Source: Dehalococcoidia bacterium
GTDB lineage: Bacteria > Chloroflexota > Dehalococcoidia > SM23-28-2 > RBG-16-64-32
Assembly: GCA_963667205.1 (NCBI GenBank)
Contig: OY762959.1
Coordinates: forward strand, 1,875,601 to 1,939,600
DNA length: 64,000 nucleotides
Direction of reading: 5' to 3'
The notes beneath the pieces were generated by a model. That model was not told the origin of the DNA, did no database searches, and worked only from the letters and a program-made list of their open reading frames with translations. A program made the position numbers and the translations under genes. Positions 1 to 9,859 of this stretch are shown piece after piece (the stretch's first letter is position 1; every line of letters starts with the position of its first letter).

Positions 1-88
1 TGCTGTGCTGTCGGCGGCGTACCGTTTGGAGAAACGCTCCAGGACTTCGTCGCGGTTTCTGCGTTTGCTCATCGCCCGGGTCGGACTC

Positions 89-904
89 CTATTGCTCGTC
101 GAGCGGGCGGTCGCTCGCCAGATACTCCCGCAGGAGGTTCGCGGCGTCGTCTGAGCGCATCGTCTGCCAGAAGGCCTCTTGCTCAAGCTTGAGGCCTTCA
201 AGGAGCGGCATCTCGGCGCCCTGGCGCACGCACCGCTTGATCAAGGCGATGCTGAGCGGCGGACGGGAGGCCAGCTCGGCGGCGAGCGCTAGCACGTCCG
301 GCATCAGCCGATCGGGGTCGCAGGCGCGATGCGCCAGCCCGATGCGTTCGGCGGCGTCTGCGTCCAGGGTGTCGCCCAGCAGCATCAGCTCCAGCGCCTT
401 CGCCGCGCCCAGGAGCCGGGTCAGGCGCTGCGTGCCACCGCCGCCGGGCAGGATGCCGATGCGTACCTCCGGCAGGCCGATCTTCCCGCCGCCCGGACGG
501 GCAGTGCGCGCCATGTAGCGGAAGTCGCAGGCCAGCGCCAGCTCGCAGCCGCCGCCCATCGCCGTGCCGTTGATCGCCGCGATTACCGGCACGCGGAGAT
601 CGCCGAGCTTCAGCAGCAGTCGGTGCATCCCGTGCAGCTCTCCCGCGCCGAATGACTCCTGCTCTCGTGCCACGCCTGCCGCGCCGGAAAGCTCGCCCAC
701 GTCGTAGTGAGTGATGAAGATGCCATCGACGCCGCCGGTCAGGACGAGCGCGCGCACGGCTTCGTCCTCGGCTACTGCGTCGGCCAGTGCGGTCAGCTCG
801 GCGGCAATCGTGGCGTTGAGGAAGTTCTGCGGCGGGTTGCTGATTGTGCAGACGAGCGTGGCGCCTTCGTGCCGCGTCTCCAGGAATCGGTAGTCGTCAG
901 GCAT
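89..904 (-). CDS. Enoyl-CoA hydratase/isomerase (crotonase family)
   Basis: AAINGTAMGGGCELALACDFR and GLPEVRIGILPGGGGTQRL motifs; start taken at MPDDY, overlapping the upstream gene stop. Confidence 0.9.
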   Translation of the reverse strand: MPDDYRFLETRHEGATLVCTISNPPQNFLNATIAAELTALADAVAEDEAVRALVLTGGVDGIFITHYDVGELSGAAGVAREQESFGAGELHGMHRLLLKLGDLRVPVIAAINGTAMGGGCELALACDFRYMARTARPGGGKIGLPEVRIGILPGGGGTQRLTRLLGAAKALELMLLGDTLDADAAERIGLAHRACDPDRLMPDVLALAAELASRPPLSIALIKRCVRQGAEMPLLEGLKLEQEAFWQTMRSDDAANLLREYLASDRPLDEQ

Positions 905-1297
905 CCGACCAGAACTCATCGACGGCGGGCTGGTCGTGATCGAAGAGCCAGCATTCCGAAAGCTTGCCGTCCTTCACGTGGTACACGAGCACACGTTGCA
1001 GGTCGAGGGTGCGGCCGTCGCGCTCCCAGCGCTCGCGCGTGAGGATAGCTCCGTGATCGTCGCCGGGCCAGCACGTCGTGTACCTCGATCAACCGGCGGT
1101 TGGTGAGCTGCTGCACCTTCGGCGAGAGCGGCCAGCGCGGCCGCCTTGCCGGCATGGTCGCCGGCGAGTGCACTGCGCCCGAAGTAGTGCAGCGTGAACT
1201 CGTCGGCGTAGAGTGCGACGAGCGCGGCCGCGTCGCCCCGTTGCCAGGCGGCAGCATAGGCGTGTACTGCCTCGGCGTTTTCGTCCCTCGTCGACAT
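897..1297 (-). pseudogene. SnoaL/NTF2-like protein with two +1 frameshifts
   Basis: MSTRDENAEAVHAYAAAWQRGD..., KVQQLTNRRLIEVHDVLA and GDDHGAILTRERWERDGRTLDLQRVLVYHVKDGKLSECWLFDHDQPAVDEFWSDA lie in three successive frames (extra bases near 1121 and 1066); TGA at 899-897. Confidence 0.8.
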
Positions 1298-1301
1298 CTG
1301 C

Positions 1302-2156
1302 CTACGCGCCCGCCTTCGCCGTCGTCTCTATCACCTGCGCGTAACGGTCGAGCGTCTTTAGCGCTTCGTCCTCGCCGAGCGTGGGGAGCCAGAAGACGCT
1401 TGTCTCGACTCCAGCGTCGATGTAACCGTCGAGGATTTCGGGGTTCGGCGCGGCGCCGTATACCGAGACAGGGACCGGCCCGCGACCGGCTTCGGCAGCC
1501 AGGTTGTTCAGTTCCGCCATCTTGTCCCCGATCGGGCCGCGTAGCTGCACACCGATCGGCATCCAGGCGTCGCCGTAGCGGATCACACGCTTGAACGTGC
1601 CCGCGCCATGGCCCCCGACGACGATCGGCGGGTGGGGTTCCTGGACCGGCTTCGGCCACGACCAGACGGGATCGAAGTCCACGAACTCGCCGTGGTACTC
1701 GGCTTCGTCTTCGGTCCAGATCTGCTTCATCGCCTCGATCCGCTCGCGCATGATCTTCCAGCGGCGCTTCGGGTCGGTGCCGTGGTTCTCCATCTCCTCG
1801 TAGTTCCAGCCGCCGCCGACGCCGAACAGCACCCGCCCGTTCGAGATATGGTCGAGGCTCGCCACCTCTTTGGCGAGCGTGATCGGGTCGCGTTCGACGA
1901 CGAGGCAGATGCCGGTGCCGAGCTTGATCCGCTCCGTCGTCGCCGCCACGGCGCTCAGCCCGACGAACGGATTGAGCGTGTGCCAGTACTCCTTGGGCAG
2001 GTCGGGGCCGCCGGGCCAGGGCGTCTTGCGGCTGGTGGGGATGTGCGTGTGCTCCGGAAACCAGAGCGAGTCGAAGCCGCGGTCCTCGCACGCCTTACCC
2101 AGCGTGACCGCTTCGATCGAGTAGTCCGTTGGGAACATAACAACGCCGTAGTTCAC
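1302..2156 (-). CDS. LLM-class F420-dependent oxidoreductase
   Basis: GFDSLWFPEHTHIP, LAKEVASLDHISNGRVLFGVGGGWN and PKPVQEPHPPI motifs. Confidence 0.9.
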   Translation of the reverse strand: MNYGVVMFPTDYSIEAVTLGKACEDRGFDSLWFPEHTHIPTSRKTPWPGGPDLPKEYWHTLNPFVGLSAVAATTERIKLGTGICLVVERDPITLAKEVASLDHISNGRVLFGVGGGWNYEEMENHGTDPKRRWKIMRERIEAMKQIWTEDEAEYHGEFVDFDPVWSWPKPVQEPHPPIVVGGHGAGTFKRVIRYGDAWMPIGVQLRGPIGDKMAELNNLAAEAGRGPVPVSVYGAAPNPEILDGYIDAGVETSVFWLPTLGEDEALKTLDRYAQVIETTAKAGA

Positions 2157-2269
2157 GCGAACCTCCTTCGTAGCGCATCGGATGATATCAGACGGCGTGA
2201 GGTGCGGGAGCGAGGTGCGATTTACGAGCGGGCGTGTAAGATTGCGGACGAGACGGTATGGAGAGGCAG

Positions 2270-3076
2270 ATGGACTTCGAACAGATCACGTACGAGAAGG
2301 CCGACAGCGTCGCCACGATCACGCTCAACCGGCCCGATCGCATGAATGCGTTCACGGCTCAGATGATCGATGAGTGGTACGCGGCGCTGCTGGACGCCCA
2401 TGAGGATCTCGGAACGAAGGCGGTGATCGTGACCGGCAGCGGGCGCGCCTTCTGCGCCGGCGCGGACGTCGGTGGAAAGGGACCGCTGGGCGGACTGCAG
2501 GACGAGAAGCGGACGCCCGTTGAGAACCGCAACTTCCTGCGCGACGGTGTGCAGCGGATCCCGCGCCTGGTCGGGCTGATGGAGAAGCCTTACATCGCGG
2601 CCGTTAACGGTGCGGCGGTCGGTGCGGGCATGGACATGGCCTCGATGTGTGACATGCGCTTCGCGGCGGAGTCTGCTCGCTTCGGTATGACTTACGTGCG
2701 CATGGGTATCATTCCGGGCGACGGCGGCGCCTACTACCTGCCGCGCCTCGTCGGCCTGGCCAATGCGTTGGACCTGATCTGGACCGGCCGCATCTTCGGC
2801 GCCGAAGAGGCGCTGGCGATGGGCTACGTGACCGCCGTCGTCCCTGACGGCGACCTGATCGAGCACACGCGCGGATACGCTGCAAAGCTGGTTGCCGGAC
2901 CGGCGGTTGCGATGCAGCTCTCCAAGCGGCTCGTGTATCGCTCGCTGCACACGGACGTTGACGGCGCGCTGGAACTCGCTTCGCAGGCGATGTACGTCGC
3001 CCAGTCGACGGAGGACGCCGTTGAGGGGCCGCGCTCGTTTTCAGAGAAGCGCGGTCCGCAATTCAAGGGCCGCTAG
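2270..3076 (+). CDS. Enoyl-CoA hydratase/isomerase
   Basis: ITLNRPDRMNAF, AFCAGAD, AAVNGAAVGAG; C-terminal EKRGPQFKGR. Confidence 0.9.
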   Translation: MDFEQITYEKADSVATITLNRPDRMNAFTAQMIDEWYAALLDAHEDLGTKAVIVTGSGRAFCAGADVGGKGPLGGLQDEKRTPVENRNFLRDGVQRIPRLVGLMEKPYIAAVNGAAVGAGMDMASMCDMRFAAESARFGMTYVRMGIIPGDGGAYYLPRLVGLANALDLIWTGRIFGAEEALAMGYVTAVVPDGDLIEHTRGYAAKLVAGPAVAMQLSKRLVYRSLHTDVDGALELASQAMYVAQSTEDAVEGPRSFSEKRGPQFKGR

Positions 3077-3157
3077 GGCGCGCCGGTAGACGATTCCGCT
3101 AAACTGCGCTAGCCTTTTAGCAAATGCACGTCAGCCAGCCAACGGCGGGCGTCTGAC

Positions 3158-4144
3158 TTGGCCCGTCGCTACTCGTTCACTCCGCGACGCGCCCACGCCG
3201 CGCGGCGGGACGCATCGTCCCTCGTCGTAGTGATCCCGATCGTCGTTGCCGTTGCGCTCGTCGGCTTCACGCTGGCCATCGCCGGTGGTGAGTCCAGCGC
3301 GCTGCCCGAGGGCGGCTGCAGTGGCGACGACTGCGCGCCCATCGTCGCTGCCGCTACGGCGACGCCAACGTCGGCGGCCACGACTGTGGCTGACCCGGAT
3401 CCGCCGCCGCTCGTCCCGGTCTACGCCGCCGCCGTCATCGAGGCGCCGTGCCGCGCCACCCTGCACAGCTACAACGAGGGGCTGCGGCTGGCGCCGGCAA
3501 GCCTCGTCAAGATGATGACGGCGATCGTTGCTCTCGATCACGCGGAGGCGGACGAGATCGTGCAGATCGAGATCGACGGGGCGGCGCTCTCGCTGGCGGC
3601 GGACGCCACGGCGATGGGGCTGCAGCCGGGCGACCGCGTGACGCTGGCCGACCTCATCTACGGCCTGTTGCTGCGTTCCGGCCACGACGCCGCGCTCGTC
3701 CTCGCGGAGCACGTAGCCGGCGACGAGGCGGCGTTCGTCGCGCTGATGAACGAGACGGCGAGCGCACTGGGCCTCGCGGACACGACGTTCGCCAACGTCA
3801 GCGGCCTCGATCACCCGGATCAGCGGATCTCGTCGCTCGATGCGGCGCTGCTGGGCGCCGAGCTGCTGACGGAGCCGCTCCTCGCCGAAGCGGTCGCGAC
3901 GTCGGAATATCAGCCTGCGTGGACGCGCGGCCCGATCGAGAACCTTAACCTGCTGCTCAGCGGCTACCCGGGTGCGGTCGGCGTGAAGACCGGGTTCACC
4001 GCCGACGCCGGCCAGACGATCGTCGCCGCCGCTGACGGGGACGGCCGCCGCCTGATAACCTCCGTCCTGCACAGCGAAGACGTGTACGTGGACACGGCTG
4101 CTCTCCTGGATTGGGCGTTCGCGAACACAGCTCCCGCCTGCTGA
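3158..4144 (+). CDS. D-alanyl-D-alanine carboxypeptidase (peptidase S11), membrane anchored
   Basis: N-terminal TM segment, PASLVKMMTA (SxxK), SGH at the SxN position, GVKTGFT (KTG). Confidence 0.85.
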   Translation: MARRYSFTPRRAHAARRDASSLVVVIPIVVAVALVGFTLAIAGGESSALPEGGCSGDDCAPIVAAATATPTSAATTVADPDPPPLVPVYAAAVIEAPCRATLHSYNEGLRLAPASLVKMMTAIVALDHAEADEIVQIEIDGAALSLAADATAMGLQPGDRVTLADLIYGLLLRSGHDAALVLAEHVAGDEAAFVALMNETASALGLADTTFANVSGLDHPDQRISSLDAALLGAELLTEPLLAEAVATSEYQPAWTRGPIENLNLLLSGYPGAVGVKTGFTADAGQTIVAAADGDGRRLITSVLHSEDVYVDTAALLDWAFANTAPAC

Positions 4145-4194
4145 CCGCACGCCAGGTTGAAGCCCGACATCAGTGACCCGGAGAGGACGGCCCG

Positions 4195-4809
4195 ATGGAA
4201 GACGCCCTGCCCCGCATGCAACAGTTTTTTGAGTCGATGTTCCCGAAGGTGCTCGGCATGAAGCTGCTTGAGGCGACACCGGACCGTGTTCGGGCCGAGC
4301 TGACTGTGACGCCTGACCTCTGCACGACGGGCCAGGCGCTTCACGGTGGCGCCGCGATGACGATGGCCGACTTCCTCGGTGCCGCCGGTACGTCGCTGAA
4401 CCTGCCGGCCGGCGCGGGCACGACGACGCTGGAGTCGAAGACGAACTTCCTCGCCAGCGCGAGCGTTGGCCAGCGCATTGAGGCGAAGTGCGAGCCGGTG
4501 CACAAGGGCCGCAGCACGCAGGTCTGGCGCACCACGATCACGCGCGAAGACGGTCGCACGATCGCCGTTGTGACGCAGGCGCAGATGGTGCTGGCCGCGC
4601 CGCCTTCGAACCAGCAGCTCCTGACGAGCCTGTTCCAGGGCAAGTCGCTGGCCGAGCAAAAGGCGTTGCTGGCTCAGCTTGAGCGCGCGGGCGCCGGCCT
4701 CTACCGCACGTTCGCCGAGCAGGAGCCGGACGGCGAGCTCAAGAAGGAGCTCCTGCGCGCGGCCGAGAAGGAAGAAGAGAACGCCCGCACGCTGGAAGAC
4801 CAGGCGTAG
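4195..4809 (+). CDS. PaaI-family thioesterase with helical C-terminal extension
   Basis: LHGGAAMTMAD, TTLESKTNFL and VHKGRSTQVW hotdog-fold motifs. Confidence 0.85.
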   Translation: MEDALPRMQQFFESMFPKVLGMKLLEATPDRVRAELTVTPDLCTTGQALHGGAAMTMADFLGAAGTSLNLPAGAGTTTLESKTNFLASASVGQRIEAKCEPVHKGRSTQVWRTTITREDGRTIAVVTQAQMVLAAPPSNQQLLTSLFQGKSLAEQKALLAQLERAGAGLYRTFAEQEPDGELKKELLRAAEKEEENARTLEDQA

Positions 4810-4821
4810 CGGCGCGCCCGC

Positions 4822-6423
4822 TCAGGGCTGGACTTTGCTGACGGCCGTCGCGCCCAACTGCGTGCGCAGCAGATCCGCGAGCGCAACAAGCTCATCGGCT
4901 GTGCGGGCCGAGCCGTAGACGTAGCGGTCCGGCCGCACGACCGCCGCCCCGTGCTTGCGCAGCCAGTCGAGCGTGTACCCTTCGCGGTCACGCACCGTGA
5001 TGGCGCCTTCCGGGGGGCTGCCTCCGGCCGTCGGCGGCTGAACGTGCAGGAGAGCCGGACCGAGGTACGCCCAGGCCTCGCGGGCGGCGTCCGAGATCGG
5101 GTGGTCCTCGCCCGGCCCGGCGACAAGCGCGAAGCCGTCTCCGAGTGCGTCGTCGAGCCGCAGCGGCCAGCCGCTGCGCTCGACCAGCGTTTGCGGGAAC
5201 ATGTCGCCGGCAGCCGAATCTTCGCCCGTTTGGGCGAGGAGACCCGAAGAGAGGCCGGGCGTACGCAGCTCGACGGCGCCGGGCTGGCCCGGTCGGACCA
5301 TCTGGGCGCCGCCGGAACGGAACATCTCGTCCCGTGCTGTGGCTACGTTGGGGTCCGTCGTCTGGATGATGCGGCCGGCCTGCATCGCGCGCTGGATGAC
5401 GCTGCGTGTGTGCGCTGAGCGCTCCGGGTAGTACGAATCGAGCAGCGCCTCGCCAGCCTCGCCCCGGCGCACCATGTCGAGCTTCCACGTCAGGTTCGCG
5501 ACGTCGCGGATGCCGGCGCACATCCCCTGCCCGAGGAAGGGCGGCATCTGGTGCGCGGAGTCGCCGGCCAGGAAGATCCGCCCGCGGCGGAACTCTTTCG
5601 CTATTACGGCGTGGAACGAGTAGACGACGGCGCGGATCACTTCCGCATCCTCCGGTGAGACCCAGCCGCCCAGCAGGCGCCAGACGTTCTCCGGCGACTC
5701 CATCTCGGCCGGGTCCTCGTGCGGCATCAGCATGAACTCCCAGCGGCGGTGCTGCCCGGCCGAGGGCACGAAAGTCGTCGGCCGCGCCGGGTCGCAGATC
5801 TGGAGGCAGTCGTCGGAGAGGTCGACGTCTCGCTTGAGCAGCGTGTCGATGACGAGCCACGGCTGGTCGAACTCCAGGTCCTCGAGGCCGATGCCGGCGT
5901 CGCGCCGCGCGACGCTGCGCGCCCCATCGCAGCCCAGGAGCCAGTCCGCCTCGACCGTGCGCTCAGCGCCGGAGCCGAGGTCGCGGACGCGCACTTCGAC
6001 GCCGTCGTCGTCCTGCGTTACTCCGAGCACCTCGTGGCCGGTGTGGACCTCGACATTGTCGAAGCGCCGGACGCCGGCCTGCAACGCCGCCTCCAGGTCC
6101 GGCTGGTAGAACATGTAGCCCGTCTGCCAGCCGGAGGCAGTCGTTCGGCCGGAGGACTGCAGGTCGAACAGGAGATCGCGGTCAGCGTTGAGGAACTGGA
6201 TGCCGTGAACCGGCGCGCAGGCGGGCATCACAGCTTCGGCGAGGCCGGTGGACTGGAAGACACGCATAGTCTCGCCGTCGAAGTGCGCCGCCCGCGGTAG
6301 GTCGTAGATCGCGGTTGCCGTCTCGAACACGGCGACGCGAAAGCCCCGCTGCCCCAGGAGGTTGGCGGCCGTCTGCCCCACCGGCCCGAAGCCGGCGATG
6401 ATCACCTCGTAGCGCTCGCTCAC
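4822..6423 (-). CDS. FAD-dependent aromatic hydroxylase, MhpA-like
   Basis: GFGPVG Rossmann motif, GCDGARS, LAGDSAHQMPPFLGQGMCAGIRD, C-terminal VRPDRYVYG. Confidence 0.88.
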   Translation of the reverse strand: MSERYEVIIAGFGPVGQTAANLLGQRGFRVAVFETATAIYDLPRAAHFDGETMRVFQSTGLAEAVMPACAPVHGIQFLNADRDLLFDLQSSGRTTASGWQTGYMFYQPDLEAALQAGVRRFDNVEVHTGHEVLGVTQDDDGVEVRVRDLGSGAERTVEADWLLGCDGARSVARRDAGIGLEDLEFDQPWLVIDTLLKRDVDLSDDCLQICDPARPTTFVPSAGQHRRWEFMLMPHEDPAEMESPENVWRLLGGWVSPEDAEVIRAVVYSFHAVIAKEFRRGRIFLAGDSAHQMPPFLGQGMCAGIRDVANLTWKLDMVRRGEAGEALLDSYYPERSAHTRSVIQRAMQAGRIIQTTDPNVATARDEMFRSGGAQMVRPGQPGAVELRTPGLSSGLLAQTGEDSAAGDMFPQTLVERSGWPLRLDDALGDGFALVAGPGEDHPISDAAREAWAYLGPALLHVQPPTAGGSPPEGAITVRDREGYTLDWLRKHGAAVVRPDRYVYGSARTADELVALADLLRTQLGATAVSKVQP

Positions 6424-7274
6424 GCCGGCTCCTCTGTCACCGGATTCTCGAGGACGCCCAGACCTTCGATCTCGACGCGGACCGTGTCGCCGGCCTTGAG
6501 GAACTCCGGCGGGCGTTTGGCGGTGCCGATGCCCGCCGGAGTCCCTGTGTAGACGACGTCGCCGGGCTCCAGCGTGAAGGCGGCCGAGAGGTATTCGACG
6601 ATCTCGCCGACGCCGAAGATGAGCTGGTCGACGGTCGAGCTCTGCCGCATGTCGTCGTTGAGGAAGAGCCGGATGTGCGCCGCTCCCGGCTCGATTTCAT
6701 CCGGCGTGACGATCGCGGGACCCAGCGGGCCGTGTGTATCGAAGCCTTTGCCCATCATCCAGGTGGGTGAGTGGAACTGCCAGTCCCGCACGCTGACGTC
6801 GTTTCCGATCGTGTAGCCCGCGATGTACTGCGCCGCGTCTGCGGCCGAGACATAGCGCGCCTTGCGGCCGATGACGAAGCACAGCTCGGCTTCCCAGTCG
6901 ACGGCGCGGCTCACGCGCGGGATGTACACGGGGTGCCCGGGGCCGACGATGCAGGTCGGCATTTTGGTGAAGACGACGGGACGCTGCGGGATCTCCTGCC
7001 CGGACTCCTCCGCGTGGTCACGGTAGTTGAGTCCGATCGCCAGCACCTTACCCGGCCGCGGCACCGGCGCCTCGAACCGAACGTCGCTCGGCGGGATCTC
7101 GGGCGCCGCCTCAGCGGCCCGCCGGGCGCGCTCTATCCCATCGTCTTGCGATAGCAGTTCGATCATCGTCCGCGGTAACTCCGGATCGGCGGCCGTCAGG
7201 TCCAGCAGATGTCCGGTCGTGGTCATCGCGCCGATGCCTGTCGTTCCGTCGTGGGTGAATGTGGCGAGTCGCAT
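6420..7274 (-). CDS. Fumarylacetoacetate hydrolase family protein
   Basis: IGLNYRDHAEE, DWEAEL, GNDVSVRD, TLEPGDVVYTGTPAG. Confidence 0.92.
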   Translation of the reverse strand: MRLATFTHDGTTGIGAMTTTGHLLDLTAADPELPRTMIELLSQDDGIERARRAAEAAPEIPPSDVRFEAPVPRPGKVLAIGLNYRDHAEESGQEIPQRPVVFTKMPTCIVGPGHPVYIPRVSRAVDWEAELCFVIGRKARYVSAADAAQYIAGYTIGNDVSVRDWQFHSPTWMMGKGFDTHGPLGPAIVTPDEIEPGAAHIRLFLNDDMRQSSTVDQLIFGVGEIVEYLSAAFTLEPGDVVYTGTPAGIGTAKRPPEFLKAGDTVRVEIEGLGVLENPVTEEPA

Positions 7275-7276
7275 CG

Positions 7277-7873
7277 CTAGGCCTTTCCCGCGTGCTTGCC
7301 GGCTTCTCAGCCGTGGGCTGACAGGTGTTCCGAGGCGAATTCGAGTGCCGGCTCCTCGAGATCGGTCGCCATCGTGTCGTTCCAGCGGTTGAGCCAGCCC
7401 ATCAGGGAGATCGTTGCCGTGATCTCGATGATCTGCGTGTCCTTGAAGTGCCTGCGCAGCTCCGTGAAGTGCTCGGGCGTTGTGGCATTGGGGACTGAGC
7501 CGGCGTCGCGGGCGAGCCGCAGCGCCGCGCGTTCCGCCTCATCGAAGAGGTCGCTCGTCTCAAATTCGAAGATGGCGGCGACTTTCTCCGCGCTGACGCC
7601 GAAGTGCGCAGCGGAGGCCGAAGTGTGCGCCTGGCAGTAGCGGCAGCCCGCTGATACGCTGGCCATCATCGCCACGAGCTGCTTGAGCGTGGGCTCGACC
7701 TCGCCGGGGCCGAAGACCGACATCACGAGACCGTTAAACGCCTTTAGAATGTCGGGCCGACGGCCGAGTGTGTAGTGGCTACGGGGGGCGAAGCCTATGG
7801 CGCTCTCGATGATCTTGAAGAACGGCTCGAACTCGGGCAGCTCTTCTCGCGAAAGTGGTGCGACGTTCGCCAT
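7277..7873 (-). CDS. AhpD/carboxymuconolactone decarboxylase-like protein, truncated 10 codons early by TGA
   Basis: GCRYCQAH motif; TGA at 7309-7307 continues in frame as EAGKHAGKA to a TAG 2 nt before the next gene. Confidence 0.8.
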
Positions 7874-7876
7874 GAT

Positions 7877-8743
7877 CTAGCCTTTCGGTGCGTGCATTCC
7901 CGCCATCAGCCCCGCCAGGTCATCGGGCCGCGGGAAGGAAGGCGGTGGCGGCGGGCCCCACGAGAAGAGCGCGTCCCTTCCTTCCCAGACCTGTGGCTCC
8001 CAGAGCTGGTCCTCCGGGATGCAGTCCATGTCGGCGTAGTATTCGGCGAAGTTGCCGGCGGGATCACGGAAGTACCAGAAGAAGTTGGAGCCGACGTAGT
8101 GCCGCCCAAAGCCCCAGACGTGACGCGCCGGGTCCTTCGCCAGCAGGTGCTGCGCCCCGAGGCCGATCTCGTCGACGTCCTCGACCTGCTAGGACGTGTG
8201 GTGGAGGAAGCGCACGGGCGCGTGCTGGAGGAGCAGGTTGTGGTGGTCCGTCGAACAGCGCAGGAAGAAGGCGCGGTCGCTTATCTGGTCGCTGAGCTTG
8301 AAGCCGATGCCGTCCTGGAAGAAGCGTTGGCTTGGCTCGAGATCGGTCGTGCCGATAACGACGTGGCCGAGCTTGCGCGGGCGCGCCATCGGCTCTTCGC
8401 CGGGCGCGGGCAGCTTCGGGGCGCGGCCGGCCCGCTCAGTGCGGCCGGGCCCGTTGTAGGGTGTCGCCGGGGCGGGCTCCTGGTCGACGCGGGCTGCGAC
8501 CTCTACGCGGACGCGCACGCCTGTCCCCGGATCGGTCGCTGCCATCGCGTCGTCGTCGGCGCCGATGGCCAGCTCGAGCAACCTGCGCACGGGCGACTGG
8601 GCCAGGCGCAGCTGCTCACCGCCGTCTGCAGTGGCGAATATGCCCGGCGCGGTCTCGCTGAGGTTGAAGTCTCGGTAGAACTCGGCCGTTGCGGCGACAT
8701 CGGGAACGCCGATTGTGACCGAGCTAACGCGGTGCAGGGGCAT
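7877..8743 (-). pseudogene. VOC-family extradiol dioxygenase-like gene with in-frame TAG
   Basis: RPRKLGHVV, FLRCSTDHHN, HHTS*QVEDVDEIG...WGFGRHYVGSNFFWYFRDPAGNFAEYYAD; TAG at 8191-8189. Confidence 0.85.
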
Positions 8744-9338
8744 CTCTCACCTCCCCGGTCGCCGGACTGATCCGGGCCTTCTTCAAGAACCTTGCCGGGT
8801 CTGGCAGCTGCGTTGTGGGGCTGCCGCGCGCCCGGCGCAGCGTGCGAGCGGAGTGTGCCACCTTTCGGCAGAGCGCCGCAAGTGTTCGTCGCTCGTGATC
8901 CGTCAGGTCGGCTGTCACCTCGCGCTCCAGGTCGTGCCATTCCTTCTGCACGCGGATGATCAGGTCTGTGCCTTCGTCCGTGAGCTTGATGGAAACGAGG
9001 CGCCGGTCCTCTCGCGACCGCTCCCGGGCGACGAGGCCGCGGCGTTCCAGCGTGTCTACCGCACCGACGACGGCGCCCTTAGTGACGCGCAGGACCGCGG
9101 CCAGCTCTCGCGTTTCGCGCGGCCCGGTGATCCAGACCGTCATCAGGACGGAGAAGCCGGCGTGCGAGAGGTCGTGCGGTCGCAGAGCGAGGACTTCCAG
9201 GGTAGAGATGACGTCCACGGCGCCCTGGTCGAGGTTGAAGACGGCGGACTGGGCGCCGACGTCTGTGCCGCGCGCACCGAGGAAGGCGCGCATGGACGCT
9301 TCGACGGGAGGGATGGTAGGGTCTTGGCGGGAGGCCAT
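8724..9338 (-). CDS. MarR-family transcriptional regulator
   Basis: TLERRGLVARERSREDRRLVSIKLTDEG winged helix; heads the aromatic operon. Confidence 0.85.
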   Translation of the reverse strand: MASRQDPTIPPVEASMRAFLGARGTDVGAQSAVFNLDQGAVDVISTLEVLALRPHDLSHAGFSVLMTVWITGPRETRELAAVLRVTKGAVVGAVDTLERRGLVARERSREDRRLVSIKLTDEGTDLIIRVQKEWHDLEREVTADLTDHERRTLAALCRKVAHSARTLRRARGSPTTQLPDPARFLKKARISPATGEVRDAPAPR

Positions 9339-9349
9339 ATCGTTCAGTA

Positions 9350-9376
9350 TTAAACGTTTAAGGCTAAACGTTGTCA
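9350..9376. promoter_or_regulatory. Palindromic operator, probably MarR, overlapping a divergent promoter
   Basis: TTAAACGTTTAA (9350-9361) and AACGTTTA-N4-TAAACGTT (9353-9372) next to a minus-strand TTGACA. Confidence 0.65.
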
Positions 9377-9392
9377 AGGCCCGGGGGGGCAG

Positions 9393-9824
9393 ATGCAGAT
9401 CTCAGACGAGCAGCGCGAATTCCTGGAGAGCCACCGCCTCTGCGTGTTCGGCTTCGACCGCCGCAGCGGCCCGCCTTCGCTCTCGCCCGTCTACTACTTC
9501 ATGGACGGTGGCGAGATCGTAATCTCGACGACGGCATCACGCGGCAAGGCGAAGGCCGTCCAGCGCAATCCTGAGGTCAGCGTCTGCGTGCTGGAGCAGA
9601 AGATGCCGTTCGCCTACCTCACGGTCTTCGGGCGGGCGCGCGTGGAGGATGATGGTGCAGCAGACGTGATGCGACGCATCGGCGAGGCGATGACCGGCAA
9701 CGCCGTCCCGGAAGCGGTGCTGCCCGCGCTGGAACAGCGCGCGAAGAACGAAGGGCGCGTCGTCATTCGTGTCAAGCCGGCTCAGGTGGTCTGGACGCAA
9801 CCGCTCGGCCGGTCGAGCGAGTAG
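9393..9824 (+). CDS. Pyridoxamine 5'-phosphate oxidase-like (PPOX class, possibly F420-dependent) protein
   Basis: GPPSLSPVYY and KAKAVQRNPEVSVCV split-barrel motifs. Confidence 0.85.
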   Translation: MQISDEQREFLESHRLCVFGFDRRSGPPSLSPVYYFMDGGEIVISTTASRGKAKAVQRNPEVSVCVLEQKMPFAYLTVFGRARVEDDGAADVMRRIGEAMTGNAVPEAVLPALEQRAKNEGRVVIRVKPAQVVWTQPLGRSSE

Positions 9825-9859
9825 AACGCAGGAGCCCCGCGCGCTAGAATTCGCGCCAC

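Noticed and set aside
8187-8193. CCTGG to CCTAG change as a Dcm-methylation signature
   Set aside because: It is a single site, and CTAG occurs in many other contexts in the window, so there is no support without a genome-wide count.
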